The notes under the pieces are model-generated. The model had not been told where the DNA came from. It saw nothing but the letters and a program-made list of their open reading frames with translations, and ran no database searches. Shown here one piece after another: positions 45,501 to 54,419 of a stretch of DNA of 64,000 bases (positions are counted from its first letter, which is position 1; each line of letters starts with the position of its first letter). Location of the stretch: the NCBI GenBank assembly GCA_963825805.1, contig CAWGVE010000044.1, positions 29,131-93,130 on the forward strand, read 5' to 3'. The position numbers and the translations under genes were made by a program. The DNA is from an uncultured Actinomycetes bacterium (GTDB taxonomy: Bacteria; Actinomycetota; Thermoleophilia; Gaiellales; Gaiellaceae).

Positions 45501-45920
45501 TCAGGAGGCCTTGGTGGCGCTCCAGCTGCCGCCGCCCTGTGGGCTCGTCCAGGTGCCCGACATCGTGCTTCCCCTGACCTTGCCCTTGTACTTGGCGCCG
45601 ACGCTGACTGCGCCGAACTTGATCTTCCCGTTGGTCACGCTGCCGCTGATTCCGTAGGTGCCCTTCGGATTCGAGAGCGCGATGTTCCCGTGGAGCCGCG
45701 AGCCGGTCTTCTGCCAGTGAATCGTGAAGTGACCCGAAACGGCGCCGCCGTAGTGACCCTTCCACTTGCCGGCGAGCCCCGACTTCGTCGCGGCGTGGGA
45801 GCTCGGCGCGCTCCCCGCGGCGAGCGCCGTGCCGCAGCAGGCGAGAGCAAGAAGTGCAGCGATCCACAGAGCGGGAAGCCGTCGCGTGATCCTGCGGCCT
45901 AGAGGCTGAACGTTCGTCAT
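45501..45920 (-). CDS. small secreted protein, function unknown
   Basis: GGAAGGAG lies upstream of ATG 45920. Signal peptide LPALWIAALLALACCGTALA. G/S/K-rich beta-type body. The start overlaps the upstream stop (ATGA). Confidence 0.55.
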   Translation of the reverse strand: MTNVQPLGRRITRRLPALWIAALLALACCGTALAAGSAPSSHAATKSGLAGKWKGHYGGAVSGHFTIHWQKTGSRLHGNIALSNPKGTYGISGSVTNGKIKFGAVSVGAKYKGKVRGSTMSGTWTSPQGGGSWSATKAS

Positions 45921-46204
45921 GCTGAGCTCCTTCCCTGGAGGGTGTTTTCGGTACGTACAGAGACGGTGGTTGCGAGCAGGCGCTCGTACGGCACGCGCGC
46001 CAGCGCCGTGACCCGGCGGATCGCATCGGCGGTGCCCTCGAAGTGGCAGAGAACGACCTCGTCTTCCCGAATCAGCACCGATCCGAGGTAGCGAACGTCG
46101 TCGGTGAGCGAGGCAGCGATCCGTTGATCGAGCGCGTGCACTTCCTCCTCGCGCACGTCCGGCCAGTAGCACTCGGCGACGAAGCTCTCGGCATGTTCCG
46201 CCAT
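45917..46204 (-). CDS. hypothetical cytoplasmic protein (95 aa)
   Basis: Clean ORF, translationally coupled to the downstream secreted-protein gene. No family recognised. Confidence 0.45.
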   Translation of the reverse strand: MAEHAESFVAECYWPDVREEEVHALDQRIAASLTDDVRYLGSVLIREDEVVLCHFEGTADAIRRVTALARVPYERLLATTVSVRTENTLQGRSSA

Positions 46205-46305
46205 GGCTCCAACATGACCCGCCCGGCAGAGTGGAGAAAGACCTGAAGACCCTACGAAATCACCTGCGTGTCCCCTCGATCGAGGGCGCGGGCGAGCTGC
46301 GTTCT
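46200..46305. repeat. copy A of a ~106-bp imperfect direct repeat (partner at 47063..47168)
   Basis: GCCATGG...GACCCG...GGAGAAAGACCTGAAGACCCTACGAAATC[A/G]CCTGCG...TCGAGGGCGCGGGCGAGCTGCG is shared with the partner copy at an offset of 863 bp. Confidence 0.75.
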
Positions 46306-46308
46306 CGA
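46252..46308 (-). pseudogene. relic of a LuxR-type HTH C-terminus (19 codons, ...SRTQLARALDRGDTQVIS*)
   Basis: It lies within repeat copy A. Compare the intact regulator end ...SSRAQLARALDRGDAQAIS* at 47115. There is no upstream coding continuation. Confidence 0.55.
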
Positions 46309-46311
46309 GCT

Positions 46312-46345
46312 ATGGAAAGCCCCCGCGGATGCGGGGGCTTTCCAT
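46312..46345. terminator. 15-bp perfect hairpin (ATGGAAAGCCCCCGC-GGAT-GCGGGGGCTTTCCAT) downstream of the 46367..47044 gene
   Basis: Read directly. It starts 22 nt past the stop codon on the minus strand. No U-tract (a tail-less hairpin). Confidence 0.55.
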
Positions 46346-46366
46346 TGGGCTGTGCGGGTCAGGACG

Positions 46367-47044
46367 TCAGTTGCCGGTCGAGTTGCCGAGTACGACGAGA
46401 TTGAATTTGCAGTTAGAGCTGGCATTCGAACAGCCGGCCGTCAGCTTGTCGAAGTGGAGTGGATGCGTCAGATCGAGCTGGTACGAGTCCGACCCGTCGA
46501 GGCTCGACCCTTGGAGGTCGAGCACGATCTTGTCGTTCAAGTAGAAGGTCAGCTCGAGCGCGTCGTCCATGCCGGAGCCGGTAATGCTCGTGGCATTGAC
46601 GTCGTCGGTGCACAGCGTGTGTCCGCCGGGGTTCAGGCTCCAGTCGCTGACGACGCCTTCGTCCATGCATTGCTCCGTTACTGCGCTCGGCGAAGCGATC
46701 TGCGCGGACGTCTCGAGGTTGCCGCTGCTGTCGAAGTTGAGCTTCCCGAGCTTGTTCTCGATGTTCGCAAGATGTCCGCTGTCGGTTGAGTCGAGGTTGA
46801 CGGTGTTGGCGAACGAGTCGAGCTTGACCGTGTTCTTGCTCGGGTCGATGCCGACGGGGCCGCTCACGCTGGTCGTGGACGTGCCGACCTGCTGAACCGG
46901 GACCGGGTTCGTGTTCGTGTTCTGGACGATGACGTTCTGGAACGGCGTCGTCGCGGCGCTGACGATCTGCTCACGGAACAGGGTCGAACCGAGTACGATC
47001 GCGGCTAACACGAGCAGGAACGCCGGTATCAGGGCCTTGCGCAT
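46367..47044 (-). CDS. secreted/anchored protein of unknown function in a lower-G+C cassette
   Basis: AAGGAGGAAGC precedes ATG 47044. The N-terminal signal/anchor is MRKALIPAFLLVLAAIVLGS. N/T/S/D-rich body with short repeats (NTVKLDS / NTVNLDS / GKLNFDS) and a Cys-containing C-terminal half. Confidence 0.6.
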   Translation of the reverse strand: MRKALIPAFLLVLAAIVLGSTLFREQIVSAATTPFQNVIVQNTNTNPVPVQQVGTSTTSVSGPVGIDPSKNTVKLDSFANTVNLDSTDSGHLANIENKLGKLNFDSSGNLETSAQIASPSAVTEQCMDEGVVSDWSLNPGGHTLCTDDVNATSITGSGMDDALELTFYLNDKIVLDLQGSSLDGSDSYQLDLTHPLHFDKLTAGCSNASSNCKFNLVVLGNSTGN

Positions 47045-47062
47045 GCTTCCTCCTTTTGATCT

Positions 47063-47168
47063 GCCATGGACGCAACGTGACCCGTCGGACGGCTCGGAGA
47101 AAGACCTGAAGACCCTACGAAATCGCCTGCGCGTCGCCCCGGTCGAGGGCGCGGGCGAGCTGCGCTCG
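47063..47168. repeat. copy B of the ~106-bp imperfect direct repeat (partner at 46200..46305)
   Basis: It covers the last ~18 codons of the LuxR/LAL regulator, its downstream spacer and a vestigial ATGGC start. Confidence 0.75.
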
Positions 47169-49847
47169 GGAGGAGATGCCGAGCTTGGCGTAGGCGCGCT
47201 TGAGGTTCGACTCGACCGTCTTGACGCTGACGAACACCTGCTCGGCGATCGCCTGATTGGTCAGACCGTCTGCCGCGAGCCGGGCGATGCGGAGCTCGGT
47301 CGCGCTCAGCTCCTCCGGCGCGCGCCGGACTGCGACCCGGGCCAGCTCGTCGTCGACGCGGGCGACCCAGGTCTCGCCGCCCTGGCGGGCGAAGAGCTCA
47401 CGCGCCTCTTCCAGAGACAGTCGCGCCTGGCGCTTCTGTTTCAGCCGCCGCTGTAGCCGACCCTGGACGAGAAGCGTTCGTGCGCGCTCGAAGGGCATCG
47501 GGCAGCGCTCGTGCTCGGAGAGCGCCCGCTCGAGAGCCTCCGCGGCCGCGTCGAGCTCACCTCGCGCCGCGAGCACCAGACCGCGGCACCGCGCCGAGAC
47601 CGCGAGGCTCCACGGGATGCGCGAACGGGCCGCACGCTCTTCGAAGCGGGCGAGCAACCCCTCCGCGCGGTCGAGGTCACCCACCCCGGCCGCCGCCTCG
47701 ATCGCGTCGCCGTCGACCCGCCAGATCGCCGGCTCGCGGAAGTCGACGCGTTCGAACACCTCGAGCGCGTCAGTCAGGTGCCGGTCGGCGGAGGCCGTCT
47801 CGCCGGCCGCGAGCTCGGCGAGCCCCACGCAACGGCTCCAGATCGCCGCCACCAGAGCCTCCCCCGGATCTGCCTTCGCCGCGGCTTCGCGGACGGGCTC
47901 GACCCGCCCGGCGTAGGCGTCCACATACGCGCGCCAGAGGTCTCCGGCCTCCGGGGCGAGCCCGTGCTGGCCGAAGGCGTCGAGCATGCGCTCCGCCAGC
48001 TCCGCCGCTCCGGCGAGGTCGCCCGCCCAGGTCGCGACGATCACGCGATTGAGCAGGATGTTCGCAAGCGACGACTCGTCGCCCTCCTCCCGCGCCTGCT
48101 GCTCCGCCTGCTCGAGGCGCGCACGCGCGCCGTCGAGATCGTCGATGTAACGAAGCCACTGGCCGAGCTTGAAGACGACGCGTGTGTCGACTGTCGCCGG
48201 TGGGCCGCTCTCCTCCAGCGCGAGCGCCCGCATCGCCGTCTCCTGGTCGAAGCCGTAGCCGAGGAAGAGGTCGGCACGCACTCGCGCGCTCAACGCCGCC
48301 GCGACGAGGCCGGGATCGGGGTCCGGAACGCCCTCGAGCAGCGCCAGCGCCTTGCGCGCGGAGGCCGCCGCCTTCGCAAGGTCGACGGTGCCGGCGTACA
48401 GGGCGACGGCGGCGTGGCACCGGGCCTCGAGTACGGGATCGCGTGCGTCAGCGAGCGCCTGCTCTGCGAGCGCCGTCGCCGCGGATTCGCCGCTGCGCCA
48501 GTAGTCGATCTCGACGAGCGTCAGCAGCGCTCGCGCACGCAGGTCACCCGGCGGAAGCGTCGTGCGCAACTCCTCGAGCAGCGCCCGCGCGGCCGGGAAG
48601 TCGCTTGCGAGATGTAGTTGCTCGGCAAGCTCGATCTGGAGCGCCGGCCGCGCCGGAGCGTTTGCCGGAAGCAGCCTCAGCGCGAGCCCGATCAACTCGG
48701 CGGCGGAGTCCGGGGAGCCGCGCATCCGCGCGTGGCGGGAGGCCGCCTGGAGCTCCCGCACGACCGCGGCGTCCGGCCCGCGCGCTGCGAGTGCGAGATG
48801 CCGCGCTCGCTCCTCCGGGTCGCGCGCGAGCCCGGCGACGGCGCGATGCGCCTCACGGAGCCGGGCGGCCGGAACGGCGGAGTACACCGCCGATGCGAAC
48901 AGCGGGTGGACGAACTCGATCCGCCCATCCACCTCGACGCGCACGAGCCCCGCCTCCTCCGCAGGCGCGAGCTCGACGGGATCGATCGCCTCCGTGTCGG
49001 GCCGGGCCAGGACCGCGGCGCGCAGCAGCGCGTCGCGCGCCTCGGCCGGGAGGGCCTGGACGCGTGCCCGCACGAGCGCGTCGAGGCTCTGTGGTACCGG
49101 GACGCGGCCCGAGATGTCGCGCTCGCCGCGGCGGTCGAGCTCGCGCGCGATCTCGACCGCGTAGAGCGGGTTGCCGCCCGCCGCCTGCGCGATTCGCACG
49201 AGCGTCGGTCGCGGAAACGTGCGCCCGAGCTCCTGCGTGAGCACGCGGTGGAGGGCGGCGACGGAAAGCGGTCCCAGCTCGAGGTGCTCGACCTCGAGAT
49301 CGCGCTCGAGCGCAGCGATCGGCGCTCGCGCAAGCTCGGTCGCGCGCACCGAGACGAGGCACCGCACGCGCTGCTCCCCGAGCCGGCGCAGCGCGAACTC
49401 GACCACCGCCGCCGACGAAGCGTCGAGCCAGTGGAGGTCGTCGATCGCGCACACGACCTCCGATTCGCCGGCGAGCTCGCGCAGAAGCGTGAGGAACGCG
49501 GCGCCGACTACGCGACGCCCGGCCGGCCGTGTGGAGGCGGCGCGCAGGAGCGCGACGTCGAGACCCACCCGCTGCGGCTCGGGCAGTCGCTCGAAGAGCT
49601 CGTCCGGCACGTCGGTGAGCAGATCCGCGAGCCCCGCGAAGGCGAGCCGGGCTTCCGACTCGGTCGGCCGCGCGACCAGCACGCGGGCGCCTTTTTGGCG
49701 AGCGCGCTCGACCGCCGCCTGCCACAACGTCGTCTTGCCGATTCCCGGCTCGCCGACGATCGCGATCACGCGCGGTCGCTCGGTGAGCAGGAAGGTTTCG
49801 ACGGCCCCCAGCTCCGATTCGCGCCCGACCAGGCTCGACACGAGCAA
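47115..49847 (-). CDS. large ATP-binding LuxR-family regulator (LAL/MalT-like): AAA ATPase, TPR-like helical region, C-terminal LuxR HTH
   Basis: Start TTG 49847 or GTG 49841 (LVGRESELGAV). GEPGIGKTTL is Walker A. The C-terminal HTH is LSATELRIARLAADGLTNQAIAEQVFVSVKTVESNLKRAYAKLGI. The upstream part of the 1286-aa track ORF is a shadow of cydB. Confidence 0.85.
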   Translation of the reverse strand: MLVSSLVGRESELGAVETFLLTERPRVIAIVGEPGIGKTTLWQAAVERARQKGARVLVARPTESEARLAFAGLADLLTDVPDELFERLPEPQRVGLDVALLRAASTRPAGRRVVGAAFLTLLRELAGESEVVCAIDDLHWLDASSAAVVEFALRRLGEQRVRCLVSVRATELARAPIAALERDLEVEHLELGPLSVAALHRVLTQELGRTFPRPTLVRIAQAAGGNPLYAVEIARELDRRGERDISGRVPVPQSLDALVRARVQALPAEARDALLRAAVLARPDTEAIDPVELAPAEEAGLVRVEVDGRIEFVHPLFASAVYSAVPAARLREAHRAVAGLARDPEERARHLALAARGPDAAVVRELQAASRHARMRGSPDSAAELIGLALRLLPANAPARPALQIELAEQLHLASDFPAARALLEELRTTLPPGDLRARALLTLVEIDYWRSGESAATALAEQALADARDPVLEARCHAAVALYAGTVDLAKAAASARKALALLEGVPDPDPGLVAAALSARVRADLFLGYGFDQETAMRALALEESGPPATVDTRVVFKLGQWLRYIDDLDGARARLEQAEQQAREEGDESSLANILLNRVIVATWAGDLAGAAELAERMLDAFGQHGLAPEAGDLWRAYVDAYAGRVEPVREAAAKADPGEALVAAIWSRCVGLAELAAGETASADRHLTDALEVFERVDFREPAIWRVDGDAIEAAAGVGDLDRAEGLLARFEERAARSRIPWSLAVSARCRGLVLAARGELDAAAEALERALSEHERCPMPFERARTLLVQGRLQRRLKQKRQARLSLEEARELFARQGGETWVARVDDELARVAVRRAPEELSATELRIARLAADGLTNQAIAEQVFVSVKTVESNLKRAYAKLGISSRAQLARALDRGDAQAIS

Positions 49848-49870
49848 AGGGTATGCGGCGTTGGGCGTTT

Positions 49871-50899
49871 CTAGGCCGGCGGCTGCCGGACGGGCTGTGA
49901 CGTCTCCTCGACCAGGTTCCGCTGGACGAGCGTGAAGAGCAACGCGATCGACGGGACGACGACCAGCAGCGCGACGCCGAAGATTCCCAGCAGCACCTCG
50001 AGCGTCGCGCTCGGGGCTGCCGCGGCCGAGATCGTGAGGCTCGGCGGCAGGATGTAGGGATGCTGGGCGACGGCCCAGCCGGCGATCACGGCGACGACCG
50101 CGCCTGCCGCGAGAACCCGGGCGCCGCGGCGGGCTCCCCGGTAAAGGAGGACGAGCACCGCGACCCCGCAGACGACCGAGACGATCACGAGCGGCAGGCC
50201 GTCGCCCTTCAGCCCGTCGAAGACGGAGCGTGCGTGCTTGTGCAGGGCGACGAGGTTCACGGCCGCGAGCGCTCCGGTGACCACGGCGGCCACGAGCGCA
50301 CGCCGCGTGAAGTAGCGCTCGAGGTCGGGCGTGTGGGCGCGGCGTGCGTCGCTGACGAGGAACACGCTCGCGAGGTAGGCGCCGGTCGCCACGAAGAGCG
50401 CGCCCGTGAGGAGCGAGAGCGTGTTGACCCAGCTCGTCACGGCGTCGCCCGCCGCGTTCCCGACCGGCACGCGGCCGCCCGCGATCGCGCCGACGACGGT
50501 TCCCATGAAGAACGGCGTCAGCACGGACGAGGCCCCGAACATCGTGGTGGCGATCGCCCGGCCGCGGGCGCGGCGCGCGGTGTGCTGGAAGGCGAAGCCG
50601 GCTCCTCGCAGCACGATCCCGAGTGCCGCGAGGCTCAGCGGGATGAAGAGCGTCGAGAAGATCGACTCGAACGCCGTCGGGAAGCCGGTCCAGAGGACGA
50701 CGAGGACGAAGATCAGCCAGACGTGGTTCGCCTCCCAGACCGGCCCGATCGCCCAGTCGATCAGCTCGCGCGGTCGCCGGCCGCTCTCGCCGCCGGCGAG
50801 CAGGCTCCAGAGGCCGGCCCCGAAATCGGCGCCGCCGAGCACCGCGTACAGCGCCGCTCCGACGACGAGCACGACGGCGACGGCGTTCGCGGCAGTCAC
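49871..50899 (-). CDS. cydB: cytochrome bd ubiquinol oxidase subunit II
   Basis: 342 aa, ~8 TM. The N-terminal motif is YAVLGGADFGAG. The start overlaps the cydA stop. Confidence 0.9.
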   Translation of the reverse strand: MTAANAVAVVLVVGAALYAVLGGADFGAGLWSLLAGGESGRRPRELIDWAIGPVWEANHVWLIFVLVVLWTGFPTAFESIFSTLFIPLSLAALGIVLRGAGFAFQHTARRARGRAIATTMFGASSVLTPFFMGTVVGAIAGGRVPVGNAAGDAVTSWVNTLSLLTGALFVATGAYLASVFLVSDARRAHTPDLERYFTRRALVAAVVTGALAAVNLVALHKHARSVFDGLKGDGLPLVIVSVVCGVAVLVLLYRGARRGARVLAAGAVVAVIAGWAVAQHPYILPPSLTISAAAAPSATLEVLLGIFGVALLVVVPSIALLFTLVQRNLVEETSQPVRQPPA

Positions 50900-52248
50900 G
50901 TCGAGCCTCCCGCCACCGCCGGAGGCGGCCCCGTCTCGGGCCCGTACGGGACGTCGTCCTGCTCCCGGTCGTCACGGCGCCAGCGTCGCGACATCGCGCG
51001 CAGGGTGATGATCAGGGTTGCGCCGAGCGCGACGTAGAGGGCCACGATGAGGCCGAACGTGACCCAGACGCCGTTCGCGTTCGTGACCGCGTCGGCGGTC
51101 CGCATGACGTTGTAGACGATCCAGGGCTGGCGGCCGACTTCGGTCACGATCCAGCCGCACTCGAGCGCGATCACGGCAGCGATGCCCGACACGGCCGTGG
51201 CTCGCAGGAACCAGCGCGACTGCGGGAAGTCTCGCTTCCGCCACCACCCGATTCCCAGCCAGAGCGCGAGCAGGATCAGCACCGAGCAGATCCCGACCAT
51301 CGTGTCGAAGGCCCAGTGGAGCATTGTGTTGGCCGGCGGTCGGTCGTTCGCCGGCACGGAGTCGAGCCCCGTCACCTGGGTGCTCGTGCTCCACCCGACG
51401 AGGAACGAGTCGAAGCCGGGGATGCCGATGCCGCCCTTGATGCCGCTGGAGGTGCAGCGCCCGAAGATGTACTCGGTGACGTCGGTCGAGGTCTGCTGCA
51501 CGCACTCCATCCCGGCGAACTTGATCGGCTGGTCCTTCGCGATGGCGCGGGCGGCGGTGTCGCCGACGGCGAACTGGATCGGTGTCGCGATGCAGGCGAC
51601 GGTGAGCGGGATCAGGAGCCCCAGCCGGTGAATCCGGTCGCGCCGCCCTCGCAGCATCCCGACGGCGTAGATCGACGCCACGATGAAACCGGTGACGAGA
51701 TACGCCGCGAGGATCATGTGCGGCACCTCGTAGGGCACGGCGGGATTGAAGATCACCTTCAGCGGCTGGACGGACGTCACCGTCCCCGTGGTGGGCGAGA
51801 ACCCCTGCGGCTGGTTCATCCACGAGTTGACGGCGACGACGGAGAACGCGCCGCCGAGGCCCGCGACCACGACCGCGGCGCCCGCCCAGAAGTGCAGCCA
51901 CGGCGACAGGTACTTCCAGCCGAAGATGTAGATCGCGATGAAGATCGCCTCGAGGAAGAAGCAGATGCCCTCGATCGCGAACAGGATGCCGAACACCTCG
52001 CCGAATCGCCCGGTGAACGCCGGCCAGAGGAGCCCGAACTCGAAGGAGAGGACGGTCCCCGTGACCGCGCCGACGGCGAAGGTCACCGCGACCGCTTTCG
52101 ACCAGCGTCGTGCGAGCTCGAGCGCGTCCTCGTCGTCGTGGCGCAGGCCGCGGTAATTCGCGATCAGCATCATCGCGGGGAGCGCGACGCCGAGTGAGGC
52201 CAGGATGATGTGGAAGCCGAGCGTGAACGCCATCTGGCTCCGCGCCAC
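50896..52248 (-). CDS. cydA: cytochrome bd ubiquinol oxidase subunit I
   Basis: ARSQMAFTLGFHIILASLGV, the Q-loop region, and GWIVTEVGRQPW (the conserved GRQPW motif). Confidence 0.9.
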   Translation of the reverse strand: MARSQMAFTLGFHIILASLGVALPAMMLIANYRGLRHDDEDALELARRWSKAVAVTFAVGAVTGTVLSFEFGLLWPAFTGRFGEVFGILFAIEGICFFLEAIFIAIYIFGWKYLSPWLHFWAGAAVVVAGLGGAFSVVAVNSWMNQPQGFSPTTGTVTSVQPLKVIFNPAVPYEVPHMILAAYLVTGFIVASIYAVGMLRGRRDRIHRLGLLIPLTVACIATPIQFAVGDTAARAIAKDQPIKFAGMECVQQTSTDVTEYIFGRCTSSGIKGGIGIPGFDSFLVGWSTSTQVTGLDSVPANDRPPANTMLHWAFDTMVGICSVLILLALWLGIGWWRKRDFPQSRWFLRATAVSGIAAVIALECGWIVTEVGRQPWIVYNVMRTADAVTNANGVWVTFGLIVALYVALGATLIITLRAMSRRWRRDDREQDDVPYGPETGPPPAVAGGST

Positions 52249-52287
52249 GCCGAGGTTGGAGGCCAGGATCAGGATGGCCGGCTCTCT

Positions 52288-53562
52288 TTAGGTCTCGACC
52301 CTGATCCGGCCCGAGCGCTGGTGCGTGAGCCCGGCTCCGGCCCAGTCGACGACGGCCTTGGCGCGGTCCTCGTTGGTCGGCAGCAGCGCGAGGTGCACGG
52401 TTCCCCAGGCCAGCTGGGCCTTCTTGCCCTTCATGGTCTTGCCGCCGAGCATCTGCACCACGGCCGCACCGCGGCCGATCATCGCCATCGTCCCTTTGTC
52501 CTTGTACTCGAAAGGCTTCGTCTCGTCGCCCTTGACGAGGCTCGCGATCGTCTCGCCCGCGTGCGCGCCCGACTGCAGCGCGACCGAGCCGAGCTGGGGG
52601 AGGACCTGCTGCGTCTTCGCGTCGGTGATCGCGGCGATGTCGCCGATCGCGAACACCTCCGGATGGGACGGGATCCGCAACTGGTCGTCCACCCCGATGC
52701 GGTTGCCCCGCTCGAGCTCGAGCCCGAGGGAGCGGACGAGCTCGTTTCCCTGGAGGCCGGCTCCCCAGACGAGCGTGTGAGCGGCCAGGACCTGGCCGGA
52801 CTTGAGCTTGACCTGTTGCGCGTCGACCGACTCGACGACCTCGCCGGTCATCACCTCGACCCCGCGCTTCTCGAGCGCCTCCTTCGTGTAGCTGCGGAGG
52901 TTCTCCTTGAACATCGCGAAGATCTCGGGCGAGGCCTCGACGAGCACGATGCGCGCGTGCTCGGAGGGGATGTCGGGGTAGTCCTTGCGAAAGACGCCGC
53001 TGTACAGCTCTGCGATCGCCCCGGCCGTCTCGACCCCGGTGGGCCCGCCCCCGACCACGACGACGTTCAGCGCGCCGGCCTCCGCGAGCCCGGGCTGCCG
53101 GTCGACCGCCTCCCACCGCTCGAGGATGTGGTCTTTGAGGCGAACTGCGTCGGGCAGCGTGTACAGCGGGAAGGAGTGCTCGTCCGCGCCGGCGACGCCG
53201 AAGAAGTTGACCTCGGCGCCGAGCGCGAGCACCAGGTAGTCGTAGGTCAGCGGCTCCATCCGGGCGAAGCGCGCCTCGCGCGCGTCGAGGTCGAGCGCCG
53301 TGACCGCGTCGTCGTGGACGCGCAGGTTGTCCTGCTTCTGGAAGAGATCGCGGATGGGGTGCCCGACCGCCGGCTGCTCGAGCAGCCCGGTCGCGACCTG
53401 GTAGAGGAGCGGCTGGAAGGTGTGGTAGTCGTGCTTGTCGACGAGCACGACGTCGACGTCGCTCTTACGGAGCTTCTGGGCGGCGCCGATCCCGCCGAAA
53501 CCCCCGCCCAGCACGAGAACGCGAGGACGAGCGCCGTTCCCGTCGCGTGTCGGACTCACCAA
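52288..53562 (-). CDS. ndh: type II NADH dehydrogenase (NDH-2)
   Basis: VLVLGGGFGGIGAA and VVVVGGGPTGVETAG are two dinucleotide-binding motifs. FQPLLYQVATG is also present. Confidence 0.9.
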   Translation of the reverse strand: MVSPTRDGNGARPRVLVLGGGFGGIGAAQKLRKSDVDVVLVDKHDYHTFQPLLYQVATGLLEQPAVGHPIRDLFQKQDNLRVHDDAVTALDLDAREARFARMEPLTYDYLVLALGAEVNFFGVAGADEHSFPLYTLPDAVRLKDHILERWEAVDRQPGLAEAGALNVVVVGGGPTGVETAGAIAELYSGVFRKDYPDIPSEHARIVLVEASPEIFAMFKENLRSYTKEALEKRGVEVMTGEVVESVDAQQVKLKSGQVLAAHTLVWGAGLQGNELVRSLGLELERGNRIGVDDQLRIPSHPEVFAIGDIAAITDAKTQQVLPQLGSVALQSGAHAGETIASLVKGDETKPFEYKDKGTMAMIGRGAAVVQMLGGKTMKGKKAQLAWGTVHLALLPTNEDRAKAVVDWAGAGLTHQRSGRIRVET

Positions 53563-53611
53563 TTCGACGCTACGCCGCCGCCGGGCCGCGGTGTCATCCG
53601 AACAGGGTGAT

Positions 53612-54400
53612 CTAGGGGGCGAAGAACTGCGCGAGCGCTCCGGTCCGGAACGGCGCCGTGCCGACCGAGAGATCGCCGGAGAACGGGTAGGTCAGGTCGA
53701 GGAGGACGACGAGCGACAGGCCAAGGACGATCGCGACGGAGCCTGCGCCGATCGCGTGGAACCAGAAGCTTCGCGAGCCGACGACGACCGTGTAGCCCAC
53801 GATGATGATGGAGCCCACCAGGAGCAGGACTGCGATCACCCAGGGCAGGCCGCCGCCGGCTTCGTCCAGACGGTTCCGGCGGGCCACCAGCGCGGTACTC
53901 AGTTGCTGCACCGAGTCGTCGTAGAACGCCACCCCTCGGGGCGAGGATGGGTCGACTCCCTGAATCGCCTTGTACATGCCGTCGACGGCCGCGGCTGCGC
54001 GCGGGCTGACCTTGCCTTCGTGCATCTGCGGCCACTCGTCGGTCACGACGGCACGCACATAGGTGCCGACCGCAGTGCGAACGCGAGCGCCGCCGGCCTG
54101 TGGCAGCGCATTACTGTCTCGCACGATCGCCGCGAGCGCGTCTGCTTCGTTGCTGACGTTGCTCTGGGTGTCGCCGTAGTTCTGGTACGCGATCACGACG
54201 ATGAAGGCGAGCAGCAGCCCGAATAGGGCGGCGACGACGCCGAGGAGTTGCGAGGAGACCTCGGCGTCGAACCCCTCGCGCACCGCGGGCACGAACCTCC
54301 GGATCAGCCAGACGAGGCCGAGAATGAGGCCGACGATCGCCCCGACGACGAGGATCAGAAGCAGCCAGATCGGAACGTGGTTGATCAGCCCGCGCAGCAC
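53612..54400 (-). CDS. DUF4239-like membrane protein
   Basis: N-terminal TM, a second TM (LLGVVAALFGLLLAFIVVIAY), a helical middle and two C-terminal TMs. The architecture and motifs (SNEA.AL..I..., LDLTYPFSG) recall DUF4239 (from memory). Confidence 0.65.
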   Translation of the reverse strand: MLRGLINHVPIWLLLILVVGAIVGLILGLVWLIRRFVPAVREGFDAEVSSQLLGVVAALFGLLLAFIVVIAYQNYGDTQSNVSNEADALAAIVRDSNALPQAGGARVRTAVGTYVRAVVTDEWPQMHEGKVSPRAAAAVDGMYKAIQGVDPSSPRGVAFYDDSVQQLSTALVARRNRLDEAGGGLPWVIAVLLLVGSIIIVGYTVVVGSRSFWFHAIGAGSVAIVLGLSLVVLLDLTYPFSGDLSVGTAPFRTGALAQFFAP

Positions 54401-54419
54401 GCGCCCCGGCTCCCGCGCG

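Noticed and set aside
47115-50975. 1286-aa ORF suggesting a giant regulator
   Set aside because: Only the part from ~49847 downward carries regulator motifs. The upstream 375 aa is the out-of-frame shadow of cydB, which has its own clean 342-aa ORF.
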